In this document: positions 11,046 through 24,164 of the stretch, in pieces | Layout of the letters: every line of letters starts with the position of its first letter | How positions within the stretch are numbered: position 1 is the first letter of the stretch | Source of the DNA: Oopsacas minuta | Lineage: Eukaryota; Animalia; Porifera | Assembly (NCBI GenBank): GCA_024704765.1 | Contig: JAKMXF010000302.1 | Location: 462,389-524,454 of the forward strand | Reading direction: 5' to 3' | DNA length: 62,066 nucleotides | Notes under the pieces: generated by a model | Seen by the model: only the letters and a program-made list of their open reading frames with translations | Databases searched by the model: none | Told to the model about the DNA's origin: nothing | Position numbers and translations under genes: made by a program

Positions 11046-13086
11046 TATATCTACTTGCTTTGGAAGAGTATCTTTGGAGATATGTTGGTATTGAAGTAAC
11101 TTTATCTCATTATTGTGTCACCTAAACCATAATCTTCGTATATTGGGTGGAAATCTGTGGTTATATCAGTTATGAAGCTGCAAATTCTACAGGATACTTG
11201 CGAGTCATTTTCTAGCCCGTTAGAAGTTTGAATTTGATTTCTCATCTATACGCACTGAATATTCAGCAATTAGCACATATACCGCCTGTATTTCGATGAC
11301 GTCATAAATATACATTAAATCTAATTTGTTTAATACTTCTTTTATTGAAAAATTATTACGTATAATACGTATTATACGTTCAATCTACAATTTTTGGTTA
11401 TGTATCTTCTATTGGGCTGATTTCTGCAATAGATATTTTACATAAATCAGAAGTTCTCGAATTGTAAATAAGAAATATCAGCTTAGTTCGCCGATTTTTA
11501 AATACTTGATAAATATTTGATATGTACAAGTCTAACAATGTCAAAATCTCCTATTTCGAGATTAACCTGGAAGTATAATACTTTAATTGATCAAGTATAA
11601 TCTATTTTACGATTATTACGTATTATACAACTTACCATTAAATCTCTATTTCATTTGTTATATCTATGGTTATTCTTATCCTTAAGGGCGTAGCTATCCG
11701 CGTTTTCCAACTTTGTATGAATTGCAGCTTCAAACTCACTTTCCCATAGATTACCTACCGATATACGAAGATTGTGCTTTTTGGGATGTAGTGTTGACGT
11801 GACATGACATATATTTCAATATATCTCAGAAATATTGCTAAAATCAATTTTCTGTCTTCGGTAATATACAGACGAACAATTTCTGGCATTTCAAAACATA
11901 CAACGATTCGTGTGAAAATGATGCTTCTTAAGTTGGGACCCCTTTTTGCCTCGGCGCCATGCAATGGGCATTAAAACGAGACCAATTGCAAAACTAAAGT
12001 GGTATGAGTGAAGCACATAAGGGATACTTCAAGAAAGCTTTCGCGTCGAACACATATATGCCGGATAAATATCAAATTCCAATAACTCTCTTAAGAATTT
12101 GACAGGAAATTTATAAAATTTTGTTTAAATTGAAAATGAGATTTCCTGAAAATCAGACCTGATAACCCTTAACTTAATTCACTTTGGTAAAACAGCAAAT
12201 TTGTTGCTGACCTGTGTAATATGATATTTACTTTTCAAATACCGCTTCATTCCGCAACAAATATATTTTACACATTCCATTCTTTAATTGCGTTACTTTG
12301 TAATTTTCATACAATGTACCTCTGCAAAATGTTTATAGATTTGAAAATATAATTTGCCAGCTTGAAAAAGAGCACAATTTAAGTATATTATATCTAGGTA
12401 CGTTTATGCTCTTATATTCTACAGTAGATCCTCTAATTGGGGGAAATTTCATCTGTTTTTGTTCAACATACAGATCAACTTCTATCATTGGGTTAGTGGT
12501 GAATAGAGTGTTGAATCTTTTGAAATACTTTTCTAATGCAAATTTACATCTATAAGTGTCGGATATGTGCCGGAGCAATTTGATTTGTATTGAAATTTAA
12601 ATTTTCTTTGACGGTTTTATCCGATTATATGTACTAAAAGCCTGATTAATTTTCTCAGATGTATTTTCAAACAATGACGAAAATCAAATCTTGAACTACG
12701 AGTAAATTCATAGTCTGTGTGATATAATGCTTTTTTATCCATTTTTCTTTGCTGTATATGTGATGTATGGTGGTGTTCAGGTTTATCAGAAGATTTCGAC
12801 GTCCGAGCGCCACTACTTGTAGAGTTTCCACTGTATTTGTGTTTGGATAATCTACCGAAAATTGATGGATGTTGACGAAAATGGCCACAGACATTTTATA
12901 GCTAAATTAAATCTATGATACATTTGAATCCTGCATAGTGTTTCCTTGATTTTATTCTTTTCGACAGTGGTATTTTGAATATGTTGAGTTAGATTGTATA
13001 TACGATAGGCGAATGATACGATATGCAATAAATATTCAATTATTTTGCTCAATGGTAAAAACTGTTAATGTCTTCACATTCCTATT

Positions 13087-13422
13087 TTGTATGTAGTGCT
13101 GAAACGAAGAAGAATGGAAAATTCAGAATCGAAAGTTCTAAAGCTTCGAAACGAAGTTCTAATAGTTCAGAATCGAACATTGAAAAAAAATGTAAGAATT
13201 CTAAAAGTGGAGATAAAAAAATTGGACAGGATTGTAACAGATTTGTCCAACAAGGTAAACCATTTGACGGAGAAATTAGAAGAAGAGTCAGAAGCAAGAG
13301 CAGAGATAGAACGGAACGCTGCGAACGACAGGCTAGAAAAATATATAATGGGGACGAAAATAGAAGAAATGCAGGACAGCATCTTTACATTGACGAACAA
13401 AATGACCGAACTATTCCCATGA
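13087..13422 (+). CDS. Short coiled-coil-like ORF or exon of unknown function
   Basis: 111-aa ORF rich in E/K/L with heptad-like spacing (LKVEIKKLDRIVTDLSNKVNHLTEKLEEE). No family recognised. Confidence 0.3.
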   Translation: MYVVLKRRRMENSESKVLKLRNEVLIVQNRTLKKNVRILKVEIKKLDRIVTDLSNKVNHLTEKLEEESEARAEIERNAANDRLEKYIMGTKIEEMQDSIFTLTNKMTELFP

Positions 13423-16400
13423 GAGGTAATTTACTATATATTTAACCACAGCCTCCGAATGTATAGCCTGATCACGGGATAGAATTTCCTGGACCATTGA
13501 TTACTTCAAGTCTATTAAATTTGACTTGTAATTTACCCTATAATATATAATATGTGCAATTTGGCTCGAATAAAATTATTATTGATAGTTAATATATTAC
13601 ACGTACCATATCATCCAACTATTCCCGGTTTGAAATGACGTATTCTGTTTGGTTTAATTGGCAATACTTTGTTAAAAATGCATCATTTGTAAGCTCTGAT
13701 ATACGATCACTAGTATATCTTCAATTTAAGAAATTATATAAAGTATTCTAAGGATGTTTATGTATATAATAGATGTCACATATTTTGGCTTTATCGACTT
13801 GTATTTCGATAGTCAAGTTATGGTCAAAAACTGTCCAGCCAATATGTAATAAATACCCAGCTTCCCATATCCTTGTAACATATGTATTCCCATACTATAT
13901 TTTCAACCTTATTACTTAATTTTGATAGTGATTAATATGGGCATATTCACAATTGTGTCATTCGTTTAGAGAAATACTATGACGACATATTCACGGGTAA
14001 GGGAAACACCGTGACTGGGACCATTATCGCAAGTCCTTTGAGGATCTACAAACAAGATACGGTGGTGGTCCAACAAAAGCTAAGGTTTGCAACGGGGTTG
14101 AATGCTTGCCAATACTGAATTCAGTTTAGAGATCCAAAACTTTCCTCTCCAATTGCAGTAGTCCATTCCGAAATTGGCTTGAGAGAAAAGCTTGTTGATC
14201 GTATCGCATATGAATCCTTTGAGATATATAATAATACCAACAGTTGCAAGAGAGCTGGATGATTCTAACTGCAGCCTCTAAAGAAATATCATGGTGGTAC
14301 ATAACCAGGAGTTCAGTGTTAAGTTGATTAATTGCTTTCATGGAATCAAACTGGATACATTCCCTGTACTTCAGCCCATAATTCCAGTTCTACAGCTAAA
14401 TACGTTGATATTTACACCATGTTATAGTGGACCAGCAACATATTTACAATCTTGACTATATGCAAGATTTAACATAGTTATTTTAATATGCGTGATTAAG
14501 TATTGTAGCCACAACAGATACCTTACATGCAATCTAAATACTGTCGGAATACTAATATATATGTATTAGAATGTGTGTTATATTCCTGATTTGTACCATG
14601 CATACATAACTCTCAATCCCTATATATTATACATATATGATACACTACGAGTTTCCACCATTTTCTGTTTCGATACATTCATTTCCTTGCTACTTTTATG
14701 TTATTTATTTGTAGAGCATTATATTTTTGGTTGCCCTTAGCAAACTACTTCCTGTATAACGCTGTAAAAATTCGTGAAAATACGGTTTTATATGTGTGTG
14801 ATAATGTGGAATGTAACATAAGTAAGCAGCAACACTCGAAATAGTAAGCGGATTAAAATAATATTTAATTAATGATCATATTGACAGTTAAAACATATTT
14901 AAGAATATTGCACTCTAAGGTACATCAGTTTCATCTAATTAAATGATTGATATTCTATACATTATAGGTGCAGTAAGGACATGGATGACTAGCATTGCCT
15001 CCATTTAACCCACTGGCAATGTTAATTACCTACTTATAAGAATATTATTTATTTGGCTGGACTGATATGATAATATCTCGAGTGACTATCGAGTTATAAG
15101 GGGATTAGACCGAATATGTGCCATCCATGGTCTGTGCTATAACTCAGAAACATGCCATCTTTATCATGACGAAATTTTTGTTATTTATACAACCTGTTTA
15201 GATAATTTCGTATTACAACATATTTATAAAATTCGACATTCAAGATTTTACATGGTTTCCAAGATAGGGGAATTTTAAACAATTTTGCTAATTTATTGCT
15301 TACCAATCCAAAAATTTGCATATTTTGACAAATTATTCCTTTGATGCGTTGACGACATGTATTTCTACAAGTATGTAGTATATTCATTTGACTAAGAGTG
15401 CACTTGTATAAGATATAATTACCAGCATTTTAATGCTTTGCTCGTTTAACCAATCCCTGGTCCTGAAAAATAGCCTGTGCCATTGCTTTAGTGTATTGGA
15501 AATCTATGAATATATTTATATTTCTTATTGTTAGAATTCAACACTGGGTCTGAATTTGACATGTATATGTTTATCTGAAATGTTTTGAGGAAGTTATAGG
15601 TAGGGGCCAAATTCTGCCTCCACCAGGTCACAGCCTGGGCACTGAAAATAGTGGCTGCATCTAGAATCTCGTCAGTTGGGAACTACATATACGTATATAT
15701 TCACATGTAATTATTTCGATAAGAATATACATATCAGATCATTTTACTCAGTATATCTTAATGAGTCGGAGAATATTCACAACTCATTGGGAGCTGTCAC
15801 CCTTAACTAGTTCGCAGGCAACAACTGGTCCGGAACCAGTTATGGTAGACTATAGCTAGTACGCCCTCGCGATAACTGGTCCGGCCCGCTGTAGTAGCCC
15901 CAGAATATACCCGAGTTTACTCTGGGCGATCCCAGGTTAGACCACCCTGGGGTTATATTCTGGCCTTGTCTACTTCATACCAGACTATATTTGTGATGGA
16001 GTATAATCTCGGCTCTTACACCTGACCAGTTGTGGTACCAATAACTGGTTCACCCTCTGCAGAACGATCCTTTAGGCTCAGTATTGGCGCTCACTAAACT
16101 ACCACTTAGTTATGTATGTCAATAAATCTGTTCTAAGCCTAATTACTGAATGGACCTCCGGTAAGATAACGTCCATTATCCGAACCAGTTATGGATGCCA
16201 CAACTGGTCCTGAACAAGTTGTGGGCGGACCAGATGTGCCGTGACAAAGCTCTGATGTTTACTCTAATGAGGTTTGACCTGGTCAGGTAAAATTCGGTTC
16301 GCACTGCCCTGACGGTAGAACTGGGATAATACGTACTTGTCTCAAATAACGGAAATTTTATCATATCTAATCCATTATATATGATTCGTTTGATATATAC

Positions 16401-18133
16401 TAGGATAAGAGGTATAATCGGATAACACGTACTCTATGATAAGTACAGTACATATATAATCGAACCTGATTCAAATCATAGTATAATTTTTATCATATCG
16501 TTAGAAATCTGGAGAAACTAAACTCGGGTTAAATATTCGTATACTACGTAGAATCCAGTAAATACTTACAATTTTTATTATTCCCAAGCGACAATGTCTT
16601 AACCAAGTTCTACTGTATGTATAAATTTGAAAATACATAAAACTGGGGCCAGATCCAGAACACGTGACAGGGATTTTTTCAATCTTTAACCACCCTAGAA
16701 CAATTTCGAAAGTCAGAACGAGGGCTCTAGGAAGTGTGTATATTCATGTACCCAGCGCCCGGATTAAAATGATTTTACCATACGTATTTTGTATTACTTA
16801 CGTTACTCCATACTTAAATGGTACGACATATGCAAACTTAAATGCATTGCTGAATTTCTCTATTATATTCTATAAAAACTTTAGCATCGAGTTATATTTG
16901 AGTTCAATAATGAATGGTTCATGGGTCTTTCATGTAACCCATTTGCAACTCTGATTAGAGCTAGTGAATGTCCATTATCATGGATAGTGTGGGTTTCTAA
17001 ACAACAGTTGACATAGAAGATAATGAAAAGTCATCCACAGTGGCTCCGGCCCTGTATTATTTATATCTCGAGCTTAACCAGGTAACACAGAACTGTCTAT
17101 ACGATGATAGATATATAGCAAAGGATTTTTGTGGGTTTGAATTTCAAAATTTCTATTTTTAATAATTATAAGCTAATACTGATTGATTAATTATTTATTG
17201 CTAGAATTTGATTAACAGGAACCTATCCAAATGTTAATACAATCGATTAGGCTTAATCTCCAAGTGATTCTTTCTTTATGCCAGCAACAGCCTATGAGAA
17301 GTAGATCAGAAATCGATAGACATTTTAACAGCAGTATAATTTATTCCATCAATAAAATATTCTTGAATCGCTGTGTTTTTCCGTTAGCAAATTGTGTAGT
17401 GTATCAGAGCCCTCCATTGGTATTCTCCCTCCAGTTCTTGGAAATAATGAGATCCTTCATTCTTCAAGATGACTAAGTACACTTAGATGGTATCCAATAT
17501 GGTGTTTTGGCTACAATTTCCTCTCGTCCATATATTATTTATGGTTGGAAATGGATCAAAGCTACAGTCCTTAGTTTTGATAATCCATAGTGTAATTTCA
17601 TAGAGAAATATATCATCTTGTTAATACAGTAGGTGAAATTCGTTTCATTGCTCATTGCCTTGAATAACTTATACACAACATTAAATGCATCCTTTGTCTC
17701 CACAATAAAAGCCAAAGCAGCAGTCCATTGATAATCACTACTGACTTGAGTATCCAGCAAAAGAAGTTAAAACTATATAAAGTATTTTATCGTGGGCATA
17801 TTTCGTTAAATATTGTTCACAATTTCTGAAATTGCTTATTTGTTGCACAACACAGGCCTACACTTTTTAGTTGTATTGGTTTTGTCAACTGATATATACT
17901 AATTCTATGTTGCTGATTCCGATTGTTTAGTCAGTTTCTCCCTAATACGTCAAGTTATCTCACAATCCTATTACTACATTTATAGAACAAAATTGGTTTC
18001 AACCCTTATATGTTAGATTGGATCAATTAAATTTCTGAAAATATCAATATTTCATTAACTAAGAATAATGATATAATTGTTACTAATATGAATGGAAGAA
18101 AGTGATACTATAGACATGTAATATGAGCACTAT

Positions 18134-19807
18134 TCATTCTAAAAATTTTCTCTTGTTTGACTTTCTTGAATGTTGTTCGTTAGGACAATCTCTTTTTAGG
18201 CATCAACAGTAATCTGCCATTATATGTGTATCCCATCTTCCTTGATATCGCTGTTCCATCACTTTTATGTCTTGATGGAATCGTTCACCTTGTTCTTCAC
18301 TCATATCGCCTAGATTATCCGGAAATCTATCAAGATGGTCTCTCAAATAATCAATTTTAATACTCATATTACAGCCAAGAGCATGATAGCTGTCGACTAA
18401 CTCTGTGACTAGTTCTTTGTAGTTGGATGCCTTTTTATTACTAAGGAAATTAGAAACGACATTAGAGAAAACCTGCCACGCTCTCTTCTCTCCTCGTTCA
18501 TTGAATCTTTGAAGCTGTTGTCCCTAAGTAACTTGCGAATCTGCGGACCTTCAAATATTCCTGCCTTTTTCTTCTCTTCACTGATTTCTGGAAAATAATT
18601 TCGGATATACTTGAAACAATATCTGTCTTTAGCCAGTGCTTTGATGAATTGCTTCATTAAACCAAGCTTAATGTGGAGAGGAGGTAGAATTATTTTATTT
18701 GTATGTACCAGAGGGTTATTAATTACATTTTTGTCCCCAACTTTCATACATTCTCTCGGAGGCCACTTTTCCCTTATCCAATGCTGGTTCCTATCTCTAC
18801 TGTCCCAATAACAAAGAAAACAGGGGTACTTAGTGAACCCAGATTGTTGTCCTAATAGAAAATTGACCATTTTGAGATCAACACAGATGACCCAATCATG
18901 TGCAGAGTAGTTAATAATCTCTAATATCTCTTTCACATGATTGTACTCCTCTTTGAGTTTAACTGAATATCCTATAGGAATTGAACCGAATATATTTCCA
19001 TTATGGAGTAGTACACATTTCAGACTCCTTTTGGAGCTGTCAATAAACAGCCTCCAGTCACTTGGATTGTAGTTCGGAACTCCCATTGCAGTAGAAGACC
19101 CTCAACATTTGGACAAAACACCAAACCATTCTTTTCGCAGAAATACTGTTGAAACTCTTGCTTCCTGTAACGATATACTGTTACCTTTGTTCCTTGATGA
19201 GTAGATTCTTTTCTTTCAATCTAGATGCAGCAACTCAGAAGATTCTTTCGAGAGGTCAAGGTCACGAATTAAATCATTCAATTCCGCTTGGTTAAAGAGA
19301 GAAGGCTCCGAGGAAGGACCTTGAAATCAACATCATATTCACAGTCATGATCATTGACTTCTTCCGAATAGGCACCATCTTCATCATCATAGAGTCCGAG
19401 AAACTCTGTGAATATTGCTACAGGTAGATCACTACAATGAGGGACTGGTCGAATAGCAGATTCTAAATTTGGGTAATTCTGCAGGTGTCTGTCACTCTTT
19501 TTGCAGCCCATAACATTTACCATGCAGAAATAACAATCATTGAAATGATTTTTTGATTCTCTCCAAATCATAGGAATTCCGAAAGGGAGGTGTTTCTCTT
19601 TACCCTTACTCCAAGACCTCAATAATTCTACACAAGATTTACATGAGGTGCCCAACTTTTGTCCTGGTCGCCCAGCTTAACTTTGAAATACGCATGGTAA
19701 GCTCTATTCACAAATTCAGTAATATTCTGCATCTGAGGTTTCGGAGTATAGAAACCACAAATATAACAAAAAATGTCTGGAGAATTGAAACACTTTCTTT
19801 TCGACAT
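18134..19807 (-). pseudogene. Chapaev3 transposase pseudogene
   Basis: MSKRKCFNSPDIFCYICG, GDQDKSWAPH, HFNDCYFC, FIDSS, CVDLKMV, LPPLHIKLGLMKQF and SEEQGERFHQD, with frameshifts and stops. Confidence 0.88.
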
Positions 19808-19887
19808 ATCAACAAAAAAGAATAACAGACTAGTTAAAAACCAATAAGCAAATGAGACTATTTGAATATATATATACTATGTACACA

Positions 19888-20205
19888 AGGCCATGTAAAA
19901 TTAATTACTTGTTTCTCATCCGGAATTTCTTCGGAAACTGCCACGGCGGGCGGTATTTTATTTTTATCTTTTATAGGTCAGTTTATATATAAAATATTTT
20001 GACTCTTCGATTATCTCGCCAAATTCTCTCTGGGCACTAAAAATATTGAATTTTTCAACTACATAACTAGTAAATGTGGATTGCACACTCTGTGGCCAAA
20101 GAATTATCCATAATTTGGTTAAAATATAAATAAAATCTTTCCGGACGGGGGATAAAATTTGGGGCGGGCGGGGATGAGAGACAAGTATATTACTTTACAT
20201 GGCCT
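19888..20205. mobile_element. 318-bp MITE nested in the 5' region of the Chapaev3 element
   Basis: Imperfect ~34-bp TIRs AGGCCATGTAAAATTAATTACTTGTTTCTCATCC and GGATGAGAGACAAGTATATTACTTTACATGGCCT. No clear TSD; superfamily unassigned. Confidence 0.6.
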
Positions 20206-23200
20206 AATGTTATTGTTGTAATATGTCCTCATGATGAATTTTTAGCAAAAATCGAAATTTTTCTGAAAATGTAGCTATATGGTTGTGAAAAAACCTGACG
20301 TGATAAGAAAAAACTGAATAGATATTCAGAATCAGCACACTTAAATTAGTCTAAATTAGTGATCAAAATATAAACAACTGCAATGTAACATTTTTTTGTA
20401 GGCCTGTGTAATACATTGAGGCGTAAATTTGAGCACGCATTTTCTTCTTGTTGGGTGGTAATAAATTGTATAGCAAGTTATGAAGGTTTTTCCTAATCCC
20501 AAACGCTTATTCAATCCCGGAAGCTAATTTAGAGAAAAACGGGAATCCTCTATAGTAACTGAGGGAATTATTTTCGTTAATTTGTGTGCTTATTTACACT
20601 AAAGCTGGAATATATGTTCTAATTTGGTGGACTAACTCCTCTTTGCCCCTTAGCCTCAACCCTGATTCATTGACACCCTCTGATGAAATGTGGTCTAGAC
20701 AAGTTTAGGGTATCCAATAGGTTATATTTTATAGCATCTATTCATAATCCTGCTATGGTAGTAAGCCAAGAACAGCCGAAACAGGTGCTAGGTCTATTGG
20801 GCTTGAATTTGATTTCCAATAATTATAACTATTGAGGATGGATTCGAATCGCCCGCCGAAACTTTGATTATTTGGCGTATGTGAAATGATTATACTTCTC
20901 CCTGCATTTCAGACAGACCTCATATACATATTTCAAATCGGCGCCCCTGTTCATCAGATAATTAATTTACGACTTAATATACTACCGCCTCCATGCAAAC
21001 AAAAACAAGTTGTTTTCAGTATCGGCTGACTAAATTTCATTAAAACATGCGTATACTGCTGGTAGTTTTAGCACTACATATTATGAGGTTTGTAATTCGA
21101 AATTACCCTATTAAATTATCCCCTTAGCATTTTTGGATCTATCTTCTTCTATGACAACTAAAATAGGATTATTACAAATGGTACAGTCGTTTAGATATCA
21201 TGAATATCCCTTGCAGGAAAATTAGGATCAATATACTTATAATCTAGAGTACATAGAGGTAGACTGTTAGCCACGTGACAATAGTTTTGACAGGTATAAA
21301 TTTGTGACTCCTGTGATGAGTGGAGACACGGCATAATTCATAAGATTTTTGCACCGCAAAGATAAAATCAAATTTTTGTCGGGAATAAGTATGTTAGGAT
21401 CTTAGACAAGAGTAAAGTCATATTTCCCTATTGGAGGTGTTGATCCGACCATTTATACATCTATTAATCCTGAAAATTCCAGAGGAACCAGCAAATTCCC
21501 ATCTTTTGTAATTTTCTATACTTGAATGTCTATCTTGATCAATTCTGAGGAATGCAACTGGGCTGCTAATTTGATGTTTGTCAGAACATTGCGAGATATT
21601 AGTAGATTTTGACCACTTCGCTTGCTGTGTCGTTGCGCGACAACTTAGTGTCTCAGGTTAGCTTAAATATCAAACTACAAATATTTCTTGATACTTTGGT
21701 CATTAACGACCGGGAATACTCGGCCTAACGTGCTTCGAGGTTAACCTTTTGCGGAAATTTTTGATTTTCCATGGTCCATCCAAATTCCATTTCAAAGCCT
21801 TCTGTGGTAACACCCGATCTGCTACGTGGCTTTTGGTAAGTATTCTGGGCATTTCGTGTCTAACGTACTATGAAATCCTCAAAATATCAGAAATTGTTAC
21901 GTTATGATCCCATGATGATTTAGCCTTTCGTCAAATGCATGAAGTCCAGACATTTGGCATATTACGGGTACCTTGTGATTCAAACTTCAAACTTTTATCA
22001 TGTATATTGGATGAGCTGTGGCCAATAATATGGTTTTTCAAATACAAAAAGGCAGAAATTACGCCATAATTTTGTCATAGGTGTTAATTCTAGTCCAAGA
22101 TTCGAACTTGTCCGAGCCAGGCTAAAAATACCCCTGTATGCCAAAAATCATGATACACACTGCGTATTAATAGTCAAGATTCTGCATTTATGCTTTTAAT
22201 GATTATTTCGTTAAGTATGGATTATTTTCTCCATTTAAGTATTTTTTAGCTAATGTATTGGCTTACGGTATTTGAACTTTCGAATTTTGTGGTTTTGGTC
22301 TGGCGCGGCTCCACACCATAATTTGTTTCACCAACCGAAAAGGTCCCCATTTTTCTAAACACCTTTTACTACTTTCAATCTTCTGATATTTGGTATTCAC
22401 ACGTTCTGATGATGGCTAATGGGATATGACGAAATATTTTCCAAATTTAATCGTCATATATATTAGTCATTATTTACTTTGATCTCTAAACATTCCATTC
22501 TATATAGTCGGTTATATACACAGATTGCAAGCCAATGTTTGATTATGGAGTCACATTGCCCTTACTAAGAAGACATGACATATATTTGACTATATCTCAG
22601 AAATTGCTCAGCCAATCAAAAAGCTTTCTTCAAAACGTGTAAATGCTGCTGTTTGAAAAATGAGGACCATTTATGTTGTCGAACCTAAAATCTCTGTGTG
22701 GGAAAACATGAGCTATACCTCAAAGTTTGAATAGTTTGAAGATCTTACGACAAATTAATTGGCCAAAAACAGAATATGAAGGACAAAACGTATACTTCAC
22801 GAAATAGTTTCATTTAACGCATATATGCAGAGTAATGATCTAAGTCCCGAAGCTGTAGTGCAATATTTGAATTGACACAAATTGTATTTCCAAATTATAA
22901 TATTCGATAGCCTATTGAAATATATTTTGTTAATGTTTTGAATACTTATAGGAAGATTGTTGGACAGTCTAATTTGCAACTTTAAATCCAAAATTCTTCA
23001 TATTGATGACAAAATTAAGTATATATATGTGATCAGTAAGATAGAGTGAATTCTCGAACTATAACTTTATTGTATCATTAAAATAGATAATGATCACTGA
23101 GTAGGTAATACTTGTCTATTAGCATTAAATATGTCCCATTTTCGTCTTTTTTGACGACATACAGTCAACTCCGCTTAATTTATGATGAAATTCAATTATA

Positions 23201-23409
23201 GAGACTTCTTTTCCCAATTTCAATTTTTCGATGCTTATTTTAAATTCTGATATGATAGAATATATTGTACTTCGGAATCTGATTCAGCACCAGCTTTACA
23301 CCAATTCACCAACATTTTGTTCTTTAGTGTAACTGTTGTTTTGTAATTTGTACTTTTATGCTAGGAATTTTCTCGATTATGAATTTAATCATATAATATA
23401 TCTGTCTAG

Positions 23410-23939
23410 GTAAAACTGTGGAAATAAACAATCCCGATGCTGAAGGCAGACTTATTCTTGCCGATGGGGTTGCTTATGCTGAAAAGACATTGGGATCCAA
23501 CGTTATCTTTGATGTGGCTACACTTACTGGTGCTCAAGGACCGACTACTGGTAAATATCACGGAGCAATTCTATCAAATTCAGCAGTTTGGGAAGCAAAA
23601 GTGTTGAAGGCCGGAAGAATCACAGGAGACTGCGTCTTCCCAATAGTATACTGCCCTGAGTTACACCTTTCAGAATTTGACAGCGAAATTGCAGACATGA
23701 AAAATTCAGTAGCTGATTATCACAATGCTACTTCTTCTTGTGCTGGTCTATTTATTGCTTCTCATTTGTCCTCTAAATTCTCAGGCTCATGGGTACACTT
23801 AGACATGGCTGCAACAGTAGCGTCGAAAGAACGAGCAACTGGATATGGCGTTAGTTTGTTAGTTGGGTTGTTTGGTTCTGAATCAAATTCTAGCTATCTT
23901 AAGTTTATTAGCACATCATATGATAGTAACCTCACTTAG
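23410..23939 (+). CDS. NPEPL1: Terminal coding exon of an M17 leucyl aminopeptidase-like protein (NPEPL1 type)
   Basis: Acceptor TCTGTCTAG at 23401-23409, then (G)KTVEINNPDAEGRLILADG...DVATLTGAQG..TGKYHGA...YCPELH.SEF.S.IADMKNSVAD...SSCAGLFIASH...WVHLDMA...ERATGYGV, ending at TAG. This matches the NPEPL1 C-terminus. Confidence 0.88.
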
Positions 23940-24135
23940 CTGATATTATTATTATTGATATTCTTTGATATTTTTAGAAATTAAGAGAGATATTACACCT
24001 TATTTAGGAGATTATGGCAATAGTGAGGGGAAGTGCCCAACATACTAACCTAAAGCCACTTAAGAGCTGCAGTTTTACCACAGAAGTCCATTAGGTGGAA
24101 TTTGGATGGACCATAGAATATATAAAATAGATATT

Positions 24136-24141
24136 AATAAA
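24136..24141 (+). terminator. Candidate AATAAA polyadenylation signal for the aminopeptidase gene
   Basis: Canonical hexamer about 200 bp after the stop codon. The AT-rich context makes a chance occurrence plausible. Confidence 0.35.
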
Positions 24142-24164
24142 TAAATTATCTTTGAGGCACGTAG

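Larger units (their letters stand above)
17851..20408 (-). mobile_element. Complete-length Chapaev3 element (decayed)
   Basis: 12-bp terminal inverted repeats (TIRs) CACAGGCCTACA (17851) and TGTAGGCCTGTG (ending 20408). Flanks are CAA and TAA, a near match to a 3-bp TWA-type TSD. It encloses a transposase pseudogene. Confidence 0.85.

Noticed and set aside
13970-13996. 27-nt AG...GTAAG mini-exon (KYYDDIFTG) as the upstream NPEPL1 exon
   Set aside because: It only superficially resembles PDDIHxLYSG; the spacing and residues do not fit.
20450-21600. LTR-retrotransposon integrase remnant on the minus strand (LHGG...VCLKCREK...PNRP)
   Set aside because: All frames are heavily stopped and I found no convincing DDE or reverse-transcriptase motifs. 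A BLASTX search would be needed.
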